Source: an uncultured Pseudomonadota bacterium
GTDB lineage: Bacteria; Oederibacteriota; Muellerivitia; Muellerivitales; Muellerivitaceae
Assembly: GCA_963770835.1 (NCBI GenBank)
Contig: CAVYRH010000004.1
Span: 644,764-708,763 of the forward strand
Length of the DNA stretch: 64,000 nucleotides
Reading direction: 5' to 3'
The notes under the pieces: model-generated
The model's input: only the letters and a program-made list of their open reading frames with translations
Told to the model about the DNA's origin: nothing
Database searches by the model: none
Part shown: in pieces, positions 27,001 through 35,298 of the stretch
How positions within the stretch are numbered: position 1 is the stretch's first letter
Layout: every line of letters starts with the position of its first letter
Position numbers and translations under genes: made by a program

Positions 27001-30000
27001 CCTCCCCGACCGACGTTTCGCTGAAGGTGCTCCTCTACTCCGACAACCAGACCCAGCTCCTGGACAGCAATACGCCCGCGGGATCGCCCCTGACCCTGGA
27101 GGCGCCGGAGGAATATTTCTATAACGACGACGAGTACGAAAACGGCTATTACAACGTCATGGGCTGCGCGGCCACCGCGGAGGATGGGAACTGCCAGGGG
27201 GTGAGTTTCTATTCCTACGTGCTTACCCCCAACGATGTCCCCGTGACGAGCCTGATCGAGCTTATCGATACTTCCAACAGCGTGACGGCCTTCCTGGGCC
27301 CGGTGACGGGAACGGGCCAGGAAAACACCTGGTACCTCTCGTCGGCGCAGTTCGGTGTAACGGAGGTGGGGCAGCAAGCCCTGGGACAGACGATCCTGGC
27401 GCAGCTGGTGGACGCCAATACCCAGGCGGTCCTGGACGAGAAGCCCATGGGAAGCCTGAACCTGGAATACCCCTCGCGGGCCTATATCGCCTCTAGCTCT
27501 CTTTCCTGCCTGCAATCCAACGCCAACGGCTGCCAGAGTTTCGTGGTGACTATCACGGCTAATGCTCCCACGAGCGTGACGGAGACCAACTACGCCATCC
27601 TGACCGACATGGCGAATAACGAGCTCGTGACCGTAGGCCCCTGGAACTCCGTGGGGGGCACGGGCACTACCTCGGTGACTTTGTCGGCCGGGGCTTTCGA
27701 GGCAACCTCCCCCGCTTATACATCCTTCCGTGTGGCATTGCTCAATTCCGCCAATGCAATACAGGACGTTGCCACACCCACCGGGTCGCCCCTGACGCTG
27801 GCCACCGCCCAGGAATACATGTATTCAAGCTCCCTTTCCTGCCTGACGCAGTCGGAAGACGGCAATTGCGTGACCTTTGTTTATAACGCCTACCTGGAAG
27901 ACCCCTCTGCCTCCCCGGTGACGGGCTATATCAAGCTGGTGGATGAGACCAATGGCAATTCCATAACGCTGGGGCCGGTGACCAACACCGGTACGTACAC
28001 GAACTACCCGGCTACCCTCACGGGCGCCAATTTTGGCCTGGCTGCAAACCAGGGAGCCGTCAGCCAAGTCTTCCAGGCCCAGTTGTACGATTCCACCCAA
28101 ACCCAGCTTTGGGACATCCGGGGGGCCGGAACCCTCAGCATCGAAAACAGCGGCGGAGCTTCCATCATCCTGGCTGGGGCGTCGGTTTCCGCCGGGGTGA
28201 CGGACGCCAGCGGGAACTGGGAGAGTTTCGTTTTGACCATCGATGCGAATACCTCCGGCGGGCCGGCGGAAAGTTACGCAAAGGTGGCGGATACGACGAA
28301 CGGCTATTTCGTGTGGGTGGGCCCTTGGAGCTATACGGGGAGCGGAACCAGCTTCTCGGTGACCTTGACGGGTGGGGATTTTAACCTGTCCTCCAGCCCG
28401 GTATCCGCCTCTTTGGCGGTCACCCTTTACGATCCGACCCAAACCCAGGCTTATGGCAACATCGTTCCCACGGGATCCCCCGTGTCGCTGGAGGCACCGA
28501 AAGAGTATTTTTACAGTGATGACGGTTACTACGGCTACAACGACCTGGGTTGCGCAACCACAGCGGAGGACGGAAACTGCCAGGGGGTGAGCTTCTATTC
28601 CTACCTGCAAACCTCTTCCGGTTCGGGCCCGGTGACGAGCCTGATCCAGCTCATCAACCTCTCCAGCAGCGTGACCGCCTTCCTAGGCCCGGTCACGACC
28701 AGCAGTTACGCCTATGGAACCTGGTATCTCACGCCGGCGCAGTTCGGGGTGACGGAAGTGGGGCAACAGGCCATGGGCCAGACGATAATGGCCCAATTGG
28801 TGGACGCCAATACGGACGCGGTTTTGGATGAGAAATCCGTGGGGAGCCTGAACCTGGAATCTCCCTCCTCGGCCTATATTTCCTCCAGCTCGGTCTCGGC
28901 GGCGGTCACCAATGCCACTGGTTGCGAGCAATTCGTGCTGACCATCGACGCCGACGCGCCCCCAGGCGTGTCGGAAACCAGCTACGCGGCCGTGACTGAC
29001 ATGGCCAACGGCTATTACGCCTGGGTGGGCCCCTGGACCTACACGGGGAGCGGGAGCAGCTTCTCGGTGACCTTGGTGGGAGGGGATTTGGGCATCACAA
29101 ACCCGACGGTGTCCTCACTTAAAGTGCTTCTCTATGCCGACAACCAGACCCAGATCCTGGACAACAATACGCCCGCGGGATCGCCCCTGACGCTGGAGTC
29201 GCCGGAGGAGTATTTCTATTATGACGACGGGTACGACAACGGCTATTACAACAACCTGAGTTGCGCGACCACGGCGACGGATGGGAATTGCAAGTCGGTG
29301 AGTTTCTATTCCTACCTGGAAACCCCCAACGACGTCCCCGTGACGAGCCTGATCGAGCTGATCAATCTTTCCAACAGCGTGACGGCCTTCCTGGGCCCGG
29401 TAACGGGTACGGGCGGTAGTGATGTTTGGTACCTTTCACCGGCGCAGTTTGGGGTGACGGAAGTGGGGCAGCAGGCCTTGGGGCAGACGATCCTGGCGCA
29501 GCTGGTGGACGCCAATACCCAGGCGGTCCTGGACGAGAAGCCCCAGGGAACTTTAAACCTGGAATATCCTTCCTCAGCCTACATCGCCTCCAGCTCGGTC
29601 TCGGCGGCGGTCACCACTGCCACCGGTTGCGAACAATTCGTGCTGACCGTCGACGCCAATGCGCCGGCGGGGGTGGAACAGACCAGTTACGCGGCTGTGA
29701 CGGACACGGCCAGCGGCTATTACGCCTGGGTGGGCCCCTGGACCTACACGGGGAGCGGGAGCAGTTTCTCGGTGACCCTGACGGGTGGGGATTTGGGCAT
29801 TACCACCCCGACGGCGGCCTCATTGAAGGTGCTGCTCTATGGTGACAGCCAGGGTGGGACAGTTTTGGACAGCGCTACGCCGGCGGGATCGCCCCTGACG
29901 CTGGAGGTCCCGAAGGAGTATTTCTACTATGACGACGGTTATTACGGCTACAACGACCTGGGTTGCGCGGCCACGGCGGAGAACGGGAACTGCCAGTCGG

Positions 30001-30974
30001 TGAGCTTCTACTCCTACCTGCAAACCTCCGGTTCGGGCCCGGTGACCAGCCTGATCGAGCTCATCGACACTTCCAGCGGTGTGACAGCGTTCCTGGGCCC
30101 GGTCACGACAAGTAGTTACGCCTACGAAACCTGGTACCTTTCCCCGGCGCAATTCGGGGTGACGATAGTGGGAGAACAGGCCCCGGCCCAGACGATCCTG
30201 GCACAGCTGGTGGACGCCAATACCCAGGCGGTCCTGGACCAGAAACCCCTGGGGAGCCTGAACCTGGAATATCCTTCGCAGGCCTATATCGCTTCCAGCG
30301 CCGTCTCCGTCCTGCAGACGGACCCGAACAACCAGGCCTGCCAGCAATTCGAACTGACCATCAACGCGAACTCGCCGGCGGGGGTGAATGAAACGAGTTA
30401 CGCCGTCTTGGCCAACATGGCCAACAGCCAACTCGTGACCCTGGGCCCCTGGAATTACGAAGGGAATGGAGGCAGCTTCTCGGCAACCCTCACGGGAGGG
30501 GATTTGGGACTAACCTCGGCCGTTACCACCTCCCTGAAGGTAATGCTATATAACAAGACGATGAGCCAAATCCTGGACAGCTCCACGCCCGCAGGGTCGC
30601 CCCTGGCGTTGGAACCGACAGCGGTATCCTTCTATTCCGGTTATCCTTTCATTGAATGCCAGACCACAGGGGAAGACGGTAACTGCGAGACGTTCGAACT
30701 TTATACCTATCTTTACAATTCCCAGTCGGCCCCGGAAACCGTCTACGTGGAAGTCACCAATGCTTCCAACAGCGTTTCGCAAATCATGGGTCCGGTCACC
30801 TTGACTGGCCAGGGATACGTCTCGGCCCAATATCCCCTGTCGGCCTCGGAATTTGGGGTCAACGCCGGACAAGCGGCCTCCAACCAGGTATTCCAGGCCA
30901 AGATCCTTAACTTGAGCCAAACCGTGATTTACGATACAAAACAGGCGGGAATCTTGAACCTGGAATCGCCTTAA
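24069..30974 (+). CDS. 2301-aa surface lipoprotein with Thr/Pro linker and 16 tandem domains
   Basis: Lipobox-like LLAHWG|C; Thr/Pro linker ~25060-25350; eight A-B repeat units to the C-terminus. Confidence 0.85.
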   Translation: MTSRKAAVSRQSSVLIKNLKRKLRTWLGLIPTGIVLAAGTLALLAHWGCHGPASNPTSPGVTPLRGFTLNFSVPLTNEIKASLLNVSSNEVLYNVTGPNMSPVTGVAGPFGTSSSVGAGELDFPIAVPQGSARLIAFELTNAANGQPLALGAVQTDISAGGVSDIWVTMGSVIRNCYAVDTSAFFPPGPDSGAVSNVYFTFNSDTLSTTPTGDMAVTTVPGGFSFVAQSPNQIAYMGNGPLVNFTSAPGTFTGSGPTQLLKTGDVYCVSLGAGAANGYAWVQVTNANEIFNINNITSVYSAGPKFLYRINHSLPYFAYDETSADQNSTCSTPVPTYTYIPTNTFTPTPSPTVTNTPTITATPTDTATATITDTPSSPTATFTYTVSDTPTNTSSPTNSPAVGSPTATFTPSPTVTSTFTFTPSPTFVAGYFVTSSATPLITDPNNGAWESFVLTINATSNGNPAVSYALVTDSANSEYAWVGPWTYTGSGTNFSVTLTGGDFNLSNPVSTSFSVALYNAAQNQLLASCVPTGVPATLEAPEEYFYYDYEYENGYYNVMGCAATAEDGNCQGVSFYSYLEVHGSNPVTSLIELIDTSSSVTAFLGPVTASSYFNGNWYLSPAQFGVTEVGQQALAQTIVAQLVDANTDAVLDEKSLGTFSLESSSSAYIASSGISILQTDPNNGACQRFVLTINADAPTGVLETSYAAVTDMANGQYAWVGPWTYTGNGNSFTVTMTGGDWDITTPTLSSLKVLLYADNQTQFLDSNTPAGSPLTLESPEEYFYSDDSYYEYNALGCAVTAEDGNCQGVSFYSYLTTPNDVPVTSLIELIDTSNSVTAFLGPVTGTGSGDTWYLSPAQFGVTVVGQQALGQTILAQLVDANTQAVLDEKPLGSLNLEYPSSAYIASSAISVLQTDPNNGDCQRFVLTIDADAPTGVSETSYAAVTNTASGQYVWVGPWTYTGNGNSFTVTMSGGDLDITSPTDVSLKVLLYSDNQTQLLDSNTPAGSPLTLEAPEEYFYNDDEYENGYYNVMGCAATAEDGNCQGVSFYSYVLTPNDVPVTSLIELIDTSNSVTAFLGPVTGTGQENTWYLSSAQFGVTEVGQQALGQTILAQLVDANTQAVLDEKPMGSLNLEYPSRAYIASSSLSCLQSNANGCQSFVVTITANAPTSVTETNYAILTDMANNELVTVGPWNSVGGTGTTSVTLSAGAFEATSPAYTSFRVALLNSANAIQDVATPTGSPLTLATAQEYMYSSSLSCLTQSEDGNCVTFVYNAYLEDPSASPVTGYIKLVDETNGNSITLGPVTNTGTYTNYPATLTGANFGLAANQGAVSQVFQAQLYDSTQTQLWDIRGAGTLSIENSGGASIILAGASVSAGVTDASGNWESFVLTIDANTSGGPAESYAKVADTTNGYFVWVGPWSYTGSGTSFSVTLTGGDFNLSSSPVSASLAVTLYDPTQTQAYGNIVPTGSPVSLEAPKEYFYSDDGYYGYNDLGCATTAEDGNCQGVSFYSYLQTSSGSGPVTSLIQLINLSSSVTAFLGPVTTSSYAYGTWYLTPAQFGVTEVGQQAMGQTIMAQLVDANTDAVLDEKSVGSLNLESPSSAYISSSSVSAAVTNATGCEQFVLTIDADAPPGVSETSYAAVTDMANGYYAWVGPWTYTGSGSSFSVTLVGGDLGITNPTVSSLKVLLYADNQTQILDNNTPAGSPLTLESPEEYFYYDDGYDNGYYNNLSCATTATDGNCKSVSFYSYLETPNDVPVTSLIELINLSNSVTAFLGPVTGTGGSDVWYLSPAQFGVTEVGQQALGQTILAQLVDANTQAVLDEKPQGTLNLEYPSSAYIASSSVSAAVTTATGCEQFVLTVDANAPAGVEQTSYAAVTDTASGYYAWVGPWTYTGSGSSFSVTLTGGDLGITTPTAASLKVLLYGDSQGGTVLDSATPAGSPLTLEVPKEYFYYDDGYYGYNDLGCAATAENGNCQSVSFYSYLQTSGSGPVTSLIELIDTSSGVTAFLGPVTTSSYAYETWYLSPAQFGVTIVGEQAPAQTILAQLVDANTQAVLDQKPLGSLNLEYPSQAYIASSAVSVLQTDPNNQACQQFELTINANSPAGVNETSYAVLANMANSQLVTLGPWNYEGNGGSFSATLTGGDLGLTSAVTTSLKVMLYNKTMSQILDSSTPAGSPLALEPTAVSFYSGYPFIECQTTGEDGNCETFELYTYLYNSQSAPETVYVEVTNASNSVSQIMGPVTLTGQGYVSAQYPLSASEFGVNAGQAASNQVFQAKILNLSQTVIYDTKQAGILNLESP
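25353..30971 (+). repeat. Coding tandem repeat, ~700-nt period, 8 units
   Basis: EEYFY/KEYFY-type anchors at ~25689, 26403, 27108, 27810, 28500, 29205, 29913 and a divergent eighth near 30620. Confidence 0.9.
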
Positions 30975-31013
30975 AAAGCCCCCTTTAAAGGCCCTTTTTC
31001 CAGTCTCGCCCTG

Positions 31014-31029
31014 AATGATTTAGGTCATA
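31014..31029. promoter_or_regulatory. TATGA-N6-TCATA-like site
   Basis: AATGA TTTAGG TCATA, 63 nt upstream of the first RIC-like gene. Confidence 0.65.
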
Positions 31030-31092
31030 ATTGCGCCCACCCTTTTCACTTATACCCAATTAGAAGAATATCCCTTTATCGAGGAGGGCTTC

Positions 31093-31833
31093 ATGGTTCC
31101 ACTGACCCCTGAAAAAACCATCGATCAACTGGTCCTCGAAAACCCCGGTTTCGGCCCTCTCTTCGACCGGTTACAGCTCAACTACGAAATCGAAAGGGAC
31201 CTCACCCTGGGGGAAGTGTGTTTCGTCCACGGCTGGAATTACCGTGACGTCCTCCACCAGCTGGAAATTTGCTCGCGGGAAGGGAAGATGAAGAACGAGG
31301 CCGAACTCGCGGCCTACGACATACCCCAACTGATCGGCTATATCCTTTTCAACCACCATGACTACGCGGAAAAAGAGTTTCCCCGGCTGGAGAAGCTCCT
31401 GGCGGAGGCTATCCAGGAGGGGAGCGGCCATCCGGACCTATTGGATCTCCAGGAAGACTTCCGCCGTTTCCAGGCGCTTTTCCAGATCCATATGCGGGAG
31501 GAAGAAAGGCATTTCTTCCCCTTTTTCCTGATGCTGGCCACCGACCGGAACCCGCCTTCCTTGAGCGGCGAGAGCATCGAGCGCCTTGTCCAAATCATGG
31601 AATCAGAGGACACCCAAACGGCCCGGGGCTTGGGCCGCTTGCGGGAAAGAACGAGGGGGTACCACGCGCCGGCGGAAGCCGGGCCTTGTTACCACCGGAT
31701 GATGGAGCGCCTGAAATTCCTCGACGCCGAACTGGAACGGCATTCCCGCGTGGAGAGCCGCATCCTTTTTCCCAAAGTGGTGGCGCTGGAGGCGGAACGG
31801 GTGAACCGCGAAGGGAAAGATACCTCCGGCTGA
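31093..31833 (+). CDS. RIC/YtfE-like hemerythrin-domain protein, variant 1
   Basis: DUF542-like N-terminus; LIGYILFNHHDY, HMREEERHFFP, HSRVESRILFP. Confidence 0.8.
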   Translation: MVPLTPEKTIDQLVLENPGFGPLFDRLQLNYEIERDLTLGEVCFVHGWNYRDVLHQLEICSREGKMKNEAELAAYDIPQLIGYILFNHHDYAEKEFPRLEKLLAEAIQEGSGHPDLLDLQEDFRRFQALFQIHMREEERHFFPFFLMLATDRNPPSLSGESIERLVQIMESEDTQTARGLGRLRERTRGYHAPAEAGPCYHRMMERLKFLDAELERHSRVESRILFPKVVALEAERVNREGKDTSG

Positions 31834-31866
31834 AGGACCCATCCCGCCCCCACGAAACTGGGCCAC

Positions 31867-31882
31867 TATGACTTAAGTCATA
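31867..31882. promoter_or_regulatory. Perfect TATGACTTAAGTCATA palindrome
   Basis: acTATGACTTAAGTCATAgt; TAAAAT at 31905 (gap 22). Confidence 0.8.
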
Positions 31883-32057
31883 GTTCCTCCACCCCCCCCG
31901 GGGTTAAAATCAGGAAATTTTAGATTCTGAAGGTGGCATCGCGCCGGACAAGCCCCATCTAATGGCCATCGGCAGCGGGTCCTCGCGTCCCTGGAAACCC
32001 CAGGGGCCCAGGAGGGATGAAAGTGACTTTACCCCTTTCCTTTAAAAGGAGTTTTTC

Positions 32058-33509
32058 ATGTCTGAACCGGTCGTTATACAGGGTGGCATGGGCACCGCAG
32101 TTTCCAATTGGAAGCTGGCCCAGGCTGTCGCCAAGACGGGCCAGTTGGGTGTTGTTTCGGGGACCGCGCTTGACAACGTGATGGCAAGGCGCCTCCAGGA
32201 GGGGGACCCGGACGGCTCCATGCGCAGGGCCTTGCGCTATTTTCCCGATCCCGTTATCGCCCAAAGGGTGCTGGACCGTTACTACATACCGGGCGGAAAA
32301 AAGGACGACGCGCTTTTCAAAGCCGTGCCCATGTTCTCCATGAACCCGCCCCGTGAGCTGGTGGAACTGACGGTGGCGGCCAACTTCGCCGAGGTCTTCC
32401 TGGCCAAGGAAGGGCACCACGGACGGGTGGGCATCAATTTCCTGGAAAAAATCCAAATGCCGACTTTGCCCTCCATTTACGGGGCCATGTTGGCGGGGGT
32501 GGATTACATCCTCATGGGCGCCGGGATACCCCGCGCCATTCCGGCCATCCTGGACAAGCTGGCCTCCCACGAGGAAGTGTCGCTGAAGCTCAACGTGGAG
32601 GGAGCCGCAGCCGGGGACGATTACCGGATGGTTTTCAACCCCCGGGAGCTGATGGGGCCGCGCCTGAAACCCATTCAACGGCCCAAATTCATAGCCATCG
32701 TCGCCTCCGCCGTCTTAGCCGCCACGCTGGCCAAAAAGTCAACCGGCCGGGTGGACGGGTTCGTCGTCGAAGGGCCCACCGCGGGCGGCCATAACGCGCC
32801 CCCGCGGGGACCGCTCCAACTCAACGCCAAGGGCGAGCCGCTCTACGGCCCTCGGGATGAGGTGGACCCGGCGGAGCTGAAAAAGCTGGGACTCCCCTTT
32901 TGGCTGGCGGGGTCCTATGCCGCCCCTGAAAAATTGAAACAAGCGCTGGGAGTGGGAGCCGCAGGCATCCAGGTGGGAACGGTCTTCGCCTATTGCGAGG
33001 AATCAGGACTGGCGGAGAAGATCAAAGAGTGGGTAATCCTCAAGGTTTTAGGGGGGCGGGGCGAGATTTTCACCGATGCCGTGGCCTCCCCGACGGGTTT
33101 TCCCTTCAAGGTCGTTCAGTTGGAAGGCACCCTCTCCGATCCCGCGGAATACGCTGTGCGCCCCCGCATCTGCGATTTGGGGTACCTGCGCAGCCTCTTC
33201 AAACGCAAGGATGGATCGGTTGGCTACCGCTGTCCCGGCGAACCGGTGGAAACCTACCGCCAAAAAGAGGGCCAGGAGGAGGACACCCGGGGCCGAAAAT
33301 GCCTCTGCAACGGGCTCATGGCCAATATCGGGCTGGGGCAATCCCAAAAAAGCGGCTACGAGGAAAAGCCCCTTGTGACTTCGGGGGATGACCTGGCCAG
33401 GATCGCCCATTTCCTCGGGGCCTCCAAACTTTCTTATACTGCGGCGGAGGTCGTTTATTACCTGGTTGGAAAAATGATGCCGGCCGTCCCCATGGCGTCG
33501 GGGAGTTAA
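32058..33509 (+). CDS. Nitronate monooxygenase / FabK-like flavoenzyme
   Basis: VIQGGMG, ILMGAGIP, VVEGPTAGGHNAP, LAGSYA, GIQVGTVFAYCEESG, KCLCNGL. Confidence 0.85.
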   Translation: MSEPVVIQGGMGTAVSNWKLAQAVAKTGQLGVVSGTALDNVMARRLQEGDPDGSMRRALRYFPDPVIAQRVLDRYYIPGGKKDDALFKAVPMFSMNPPRELVELTVAANFAEVFLAKEGHHGRVGINFLEKIQMPTLPSIYGAMLAGVDYILMGAGIPRAIPAILDKLASHEEVSLKLNVEGAAAGDDYRMVFNPRELMGPRLKPIQRPKFIAIVASAVLAATLAKKSTGRVDGFVVEGPTAGGHNAPPRGPLQLNAKGEPLYGPRDEVDPAELKKLGLPFWLAGSYAAPEKLKQALGVGAAGIQVGTVFAYCEESGLAEKIKEWVILKVLGGRGEIFTDAVASPTGFPFKVVQLEGTLSDPAEYAVRPRICDLGYLRSLFKRKDGSVGYRCPGEPVETYRQKEGQEEDTRGRKCLCNGLMANIGLGQSQKSGYEEKPLVTSGDDLARIAHFLGASKLSYTAAEVVYYLVGKMMPAVPMASGS

Positions 33510-33556
33510 AGAGTCCTTCCACCGCAGTTTCGACGATTTCCCTATAAAAGCTCTTT

Positions 33557-33572
33557 TATGACCACAGTCATG
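33557..33572. promoter_or_regulatory. TATGA-N6-TCATA-like site
   Basis: TATGA CCACAG TCATG; CATAAT at 33594 (gap 21). Confidence 0.75.
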
Positions 33573-33761
33573 TGGCCCTACCGGAATTCTTTTCATAATG
33601 TTTATGGAAGTCGAAATGCGGTTGGTGTCTGAAGTGTGCTTGCGCTCCCGTAAATGAAGATGCGGAGGAGGACACCATGTCCCAATGGTCCATAAAAATA
33701 GCCTCCTAGGACATTGGGACAATACCAATCACATTGTGAATATATAAAAAGGGGGATTGGC

Positions 33762-34541
33762 ATGAAATTACATTCCTCCCAGACCGTGGGGCAAATCGCG
33801 GTCATCCTCAAAGAGTCCGTACCGGTCTTTAACAAATACAAGATCGACTACTATTCGGAGGGCGGCCGAAGCCTCGAAAACGCATGCTACCTGGCGGGCG
33901 CGCCCCTGGAACAGGTGACGCGGGAACTGGAAGAAGCGCCGCCGGCGTCGGAAGAGTGGTACGCCGGGGAACCGGACTGGCCCAACGCGCCCATGTGCGA
34001 ACTGGCGGATCACATCGTCAAAACCCACCATGTTTACACCCGGCAGCAAATGGACCGAATAGAAAAGATGCTGGAGGACCTGGCCGGAGTGGACGGCAAC
34101 CGTAGCCAGGCGCTGGAAATGGTCCGGGAGATTTTCCTTAAGATGTCCAAGGATCTCCGGGACCACATGGTTGAGGAAGAGGAAGTGGTCTTTCCTTACC
34201 TCGTCGAGGGGGAAAGGAATATTCAACGGGGGCGCCCCATCCGCCGTCTCTTCGAGGGATACACCTCCTACACCCACCCGTTGAGGATCCTCCAGAGCGA
34301 GCACGGGATGATGGGCCGGGAGTGGAAGACCATCCTGGAATTGACCCAAGACCTCCAACCCCCGCACGGCGCGAGCCAAGCCTTGACGGATCTTTACAAG
34401 GCTTTTGAGGAACTCCTGAAAGACAATAAAAAACACATCCACCTGGAAAATAACATTCTTTTCCACCGCGCCGAACAATTGGGGCTTTTGAATGATGAAG
34501 GAACCAAGGAACTACACGGGCCCCAAGCCCATCTTCTTTAG
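33762..34541 (+). CDS. ric: Repair-of-iron-centres (RIC/YtfE/ScdA) protein, variant 2
   Basis: TVGQIA, LADHIVKTHHVY, HMVEEEEVVFP, SEHG, HIHLENNILF; ATG 33762. Confidence 0.85.
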   Translation: MKLHSSQTVGQIAVILKESVPVFNKYKIDYYSEGGRSLENACYLAGAPLEQVTRELEEAPPASEEWYAGEPDWPNAPMCELADHIVKTHHVYTRQQMDRIEKMLEDLAGVDGNRSQALEMVREIFLKMSKDLRDHMVEEEEVVFPYLVEGERNIQRGRPIRRLFEGYTSYTHPLRILQSEHGMMGREWKTILELTQDLQPPHGASQALTDLYKAFEELLKDNKKHIHLENNILFHRAEQLGLLNDEGTKELHGPQAHLL

Positions 34542-34696
34542 CGGGACCGGGAAAAACCGTCGATGGAGTTATTTCTTCCACGACTTCAGGAAAGAACCAC
34601 TACCATGTTCAAGGACGCAGGTTGAATTGTTGGATTACTGAATTGAAAGAAAGTTTTTCCAAAAACCCAACCTGCCGCAATCTTGACGGTTGAAAA

Positions 34697-35209
34697 CTAG
34701 GAACTGGCGATGGAACTTTTGCGCCAGCCTTCCACCCGGGCCTCCGGCATCTTCTTATAAAGATTGTTGAGGTGGGTTTTCAACGTGGCCTTGGAAATGA
34801 AGAGCTCCTTCGCGATGCCCGCGTTGGTGAAGCCCTGGATGCAAAGGTTCGCGATTTCCATCTCCCGGCGGCTCAAACTGCGCTCCTGGAAGCGCTTGAC
34901 CCAGGCCTCGTATTTCTGCCGCAAGGGATAAAGCACGATCATCCGCCGGGCATTCTCAGTGAAAAAAAGAACGTCGTAATGCTGTTTGCCAACCTTCCGG
35001 TTGGACAAAAACTGGAACCCCTCCGGGGGGATGGTCCGTCCCAAGTATTTTTCGCAGTCCGAAACGCAAGTCCGGGGGCACTCCGCCCCCACGTAATCGC
35101 CGCAGGACTTGCGACAGGCGGGGTTCTGGTAAAAAACTTCCCCCCCTTCTTTTTGCATGCAAATCACCGCCCGGCTTCCATCCAAAGATTCCGCAAATTC
35201 CGTGATCAT
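34697..35209 (-). CDS. LuxR-type HTH regulator with Cys-rich PAS-like N-terminus
   Basis: LSRREMEIANLCIQGFTNAGIAKELFISKATLKTHLNNLYKK; N-terminal CRKSC...CPRTC...C. Confidence 0.8.
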   Translation of the reverse strand: MITEFAESLDGSRAVICMQKEGGEVFYQNPACRKSCGDYVGAECPRTCVSDCEKYLGRTIPPEGFQFLSNRKVGKQHYDVLFFTENARRMIVLYPLRQKYEAWVKRFQERSLSRREMEIANLCIQGFTNAGIAKELFISKATLKTHLNNLYKKMPEARVEGWRKSSIASS

Positions 35210-35298
35210 TTTTTCCACCCTCCCCGTCGATTGTCGGCTTGGTGTCGACAAAGGACAATGATGCCCATTCATTAAACGAAATTTGTCCGGGAGGGAGT

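Noticed and set aside
25353-30971. Long near-identical DNA repeats as CRISPR, mobile-element or DGR repeats
   Set aside because: The period is ~700 nt, all in frame within one ORF; no short repeat-spacer structure, cas genes, reverse transcriptase or adenine-specific variation was seen.
35257-35273. AATGA-N7-TCATT as a regulon site
   Set aside because: The spacer is 7 nt, not 6, which breaks CRP/FNR half-site geometry.
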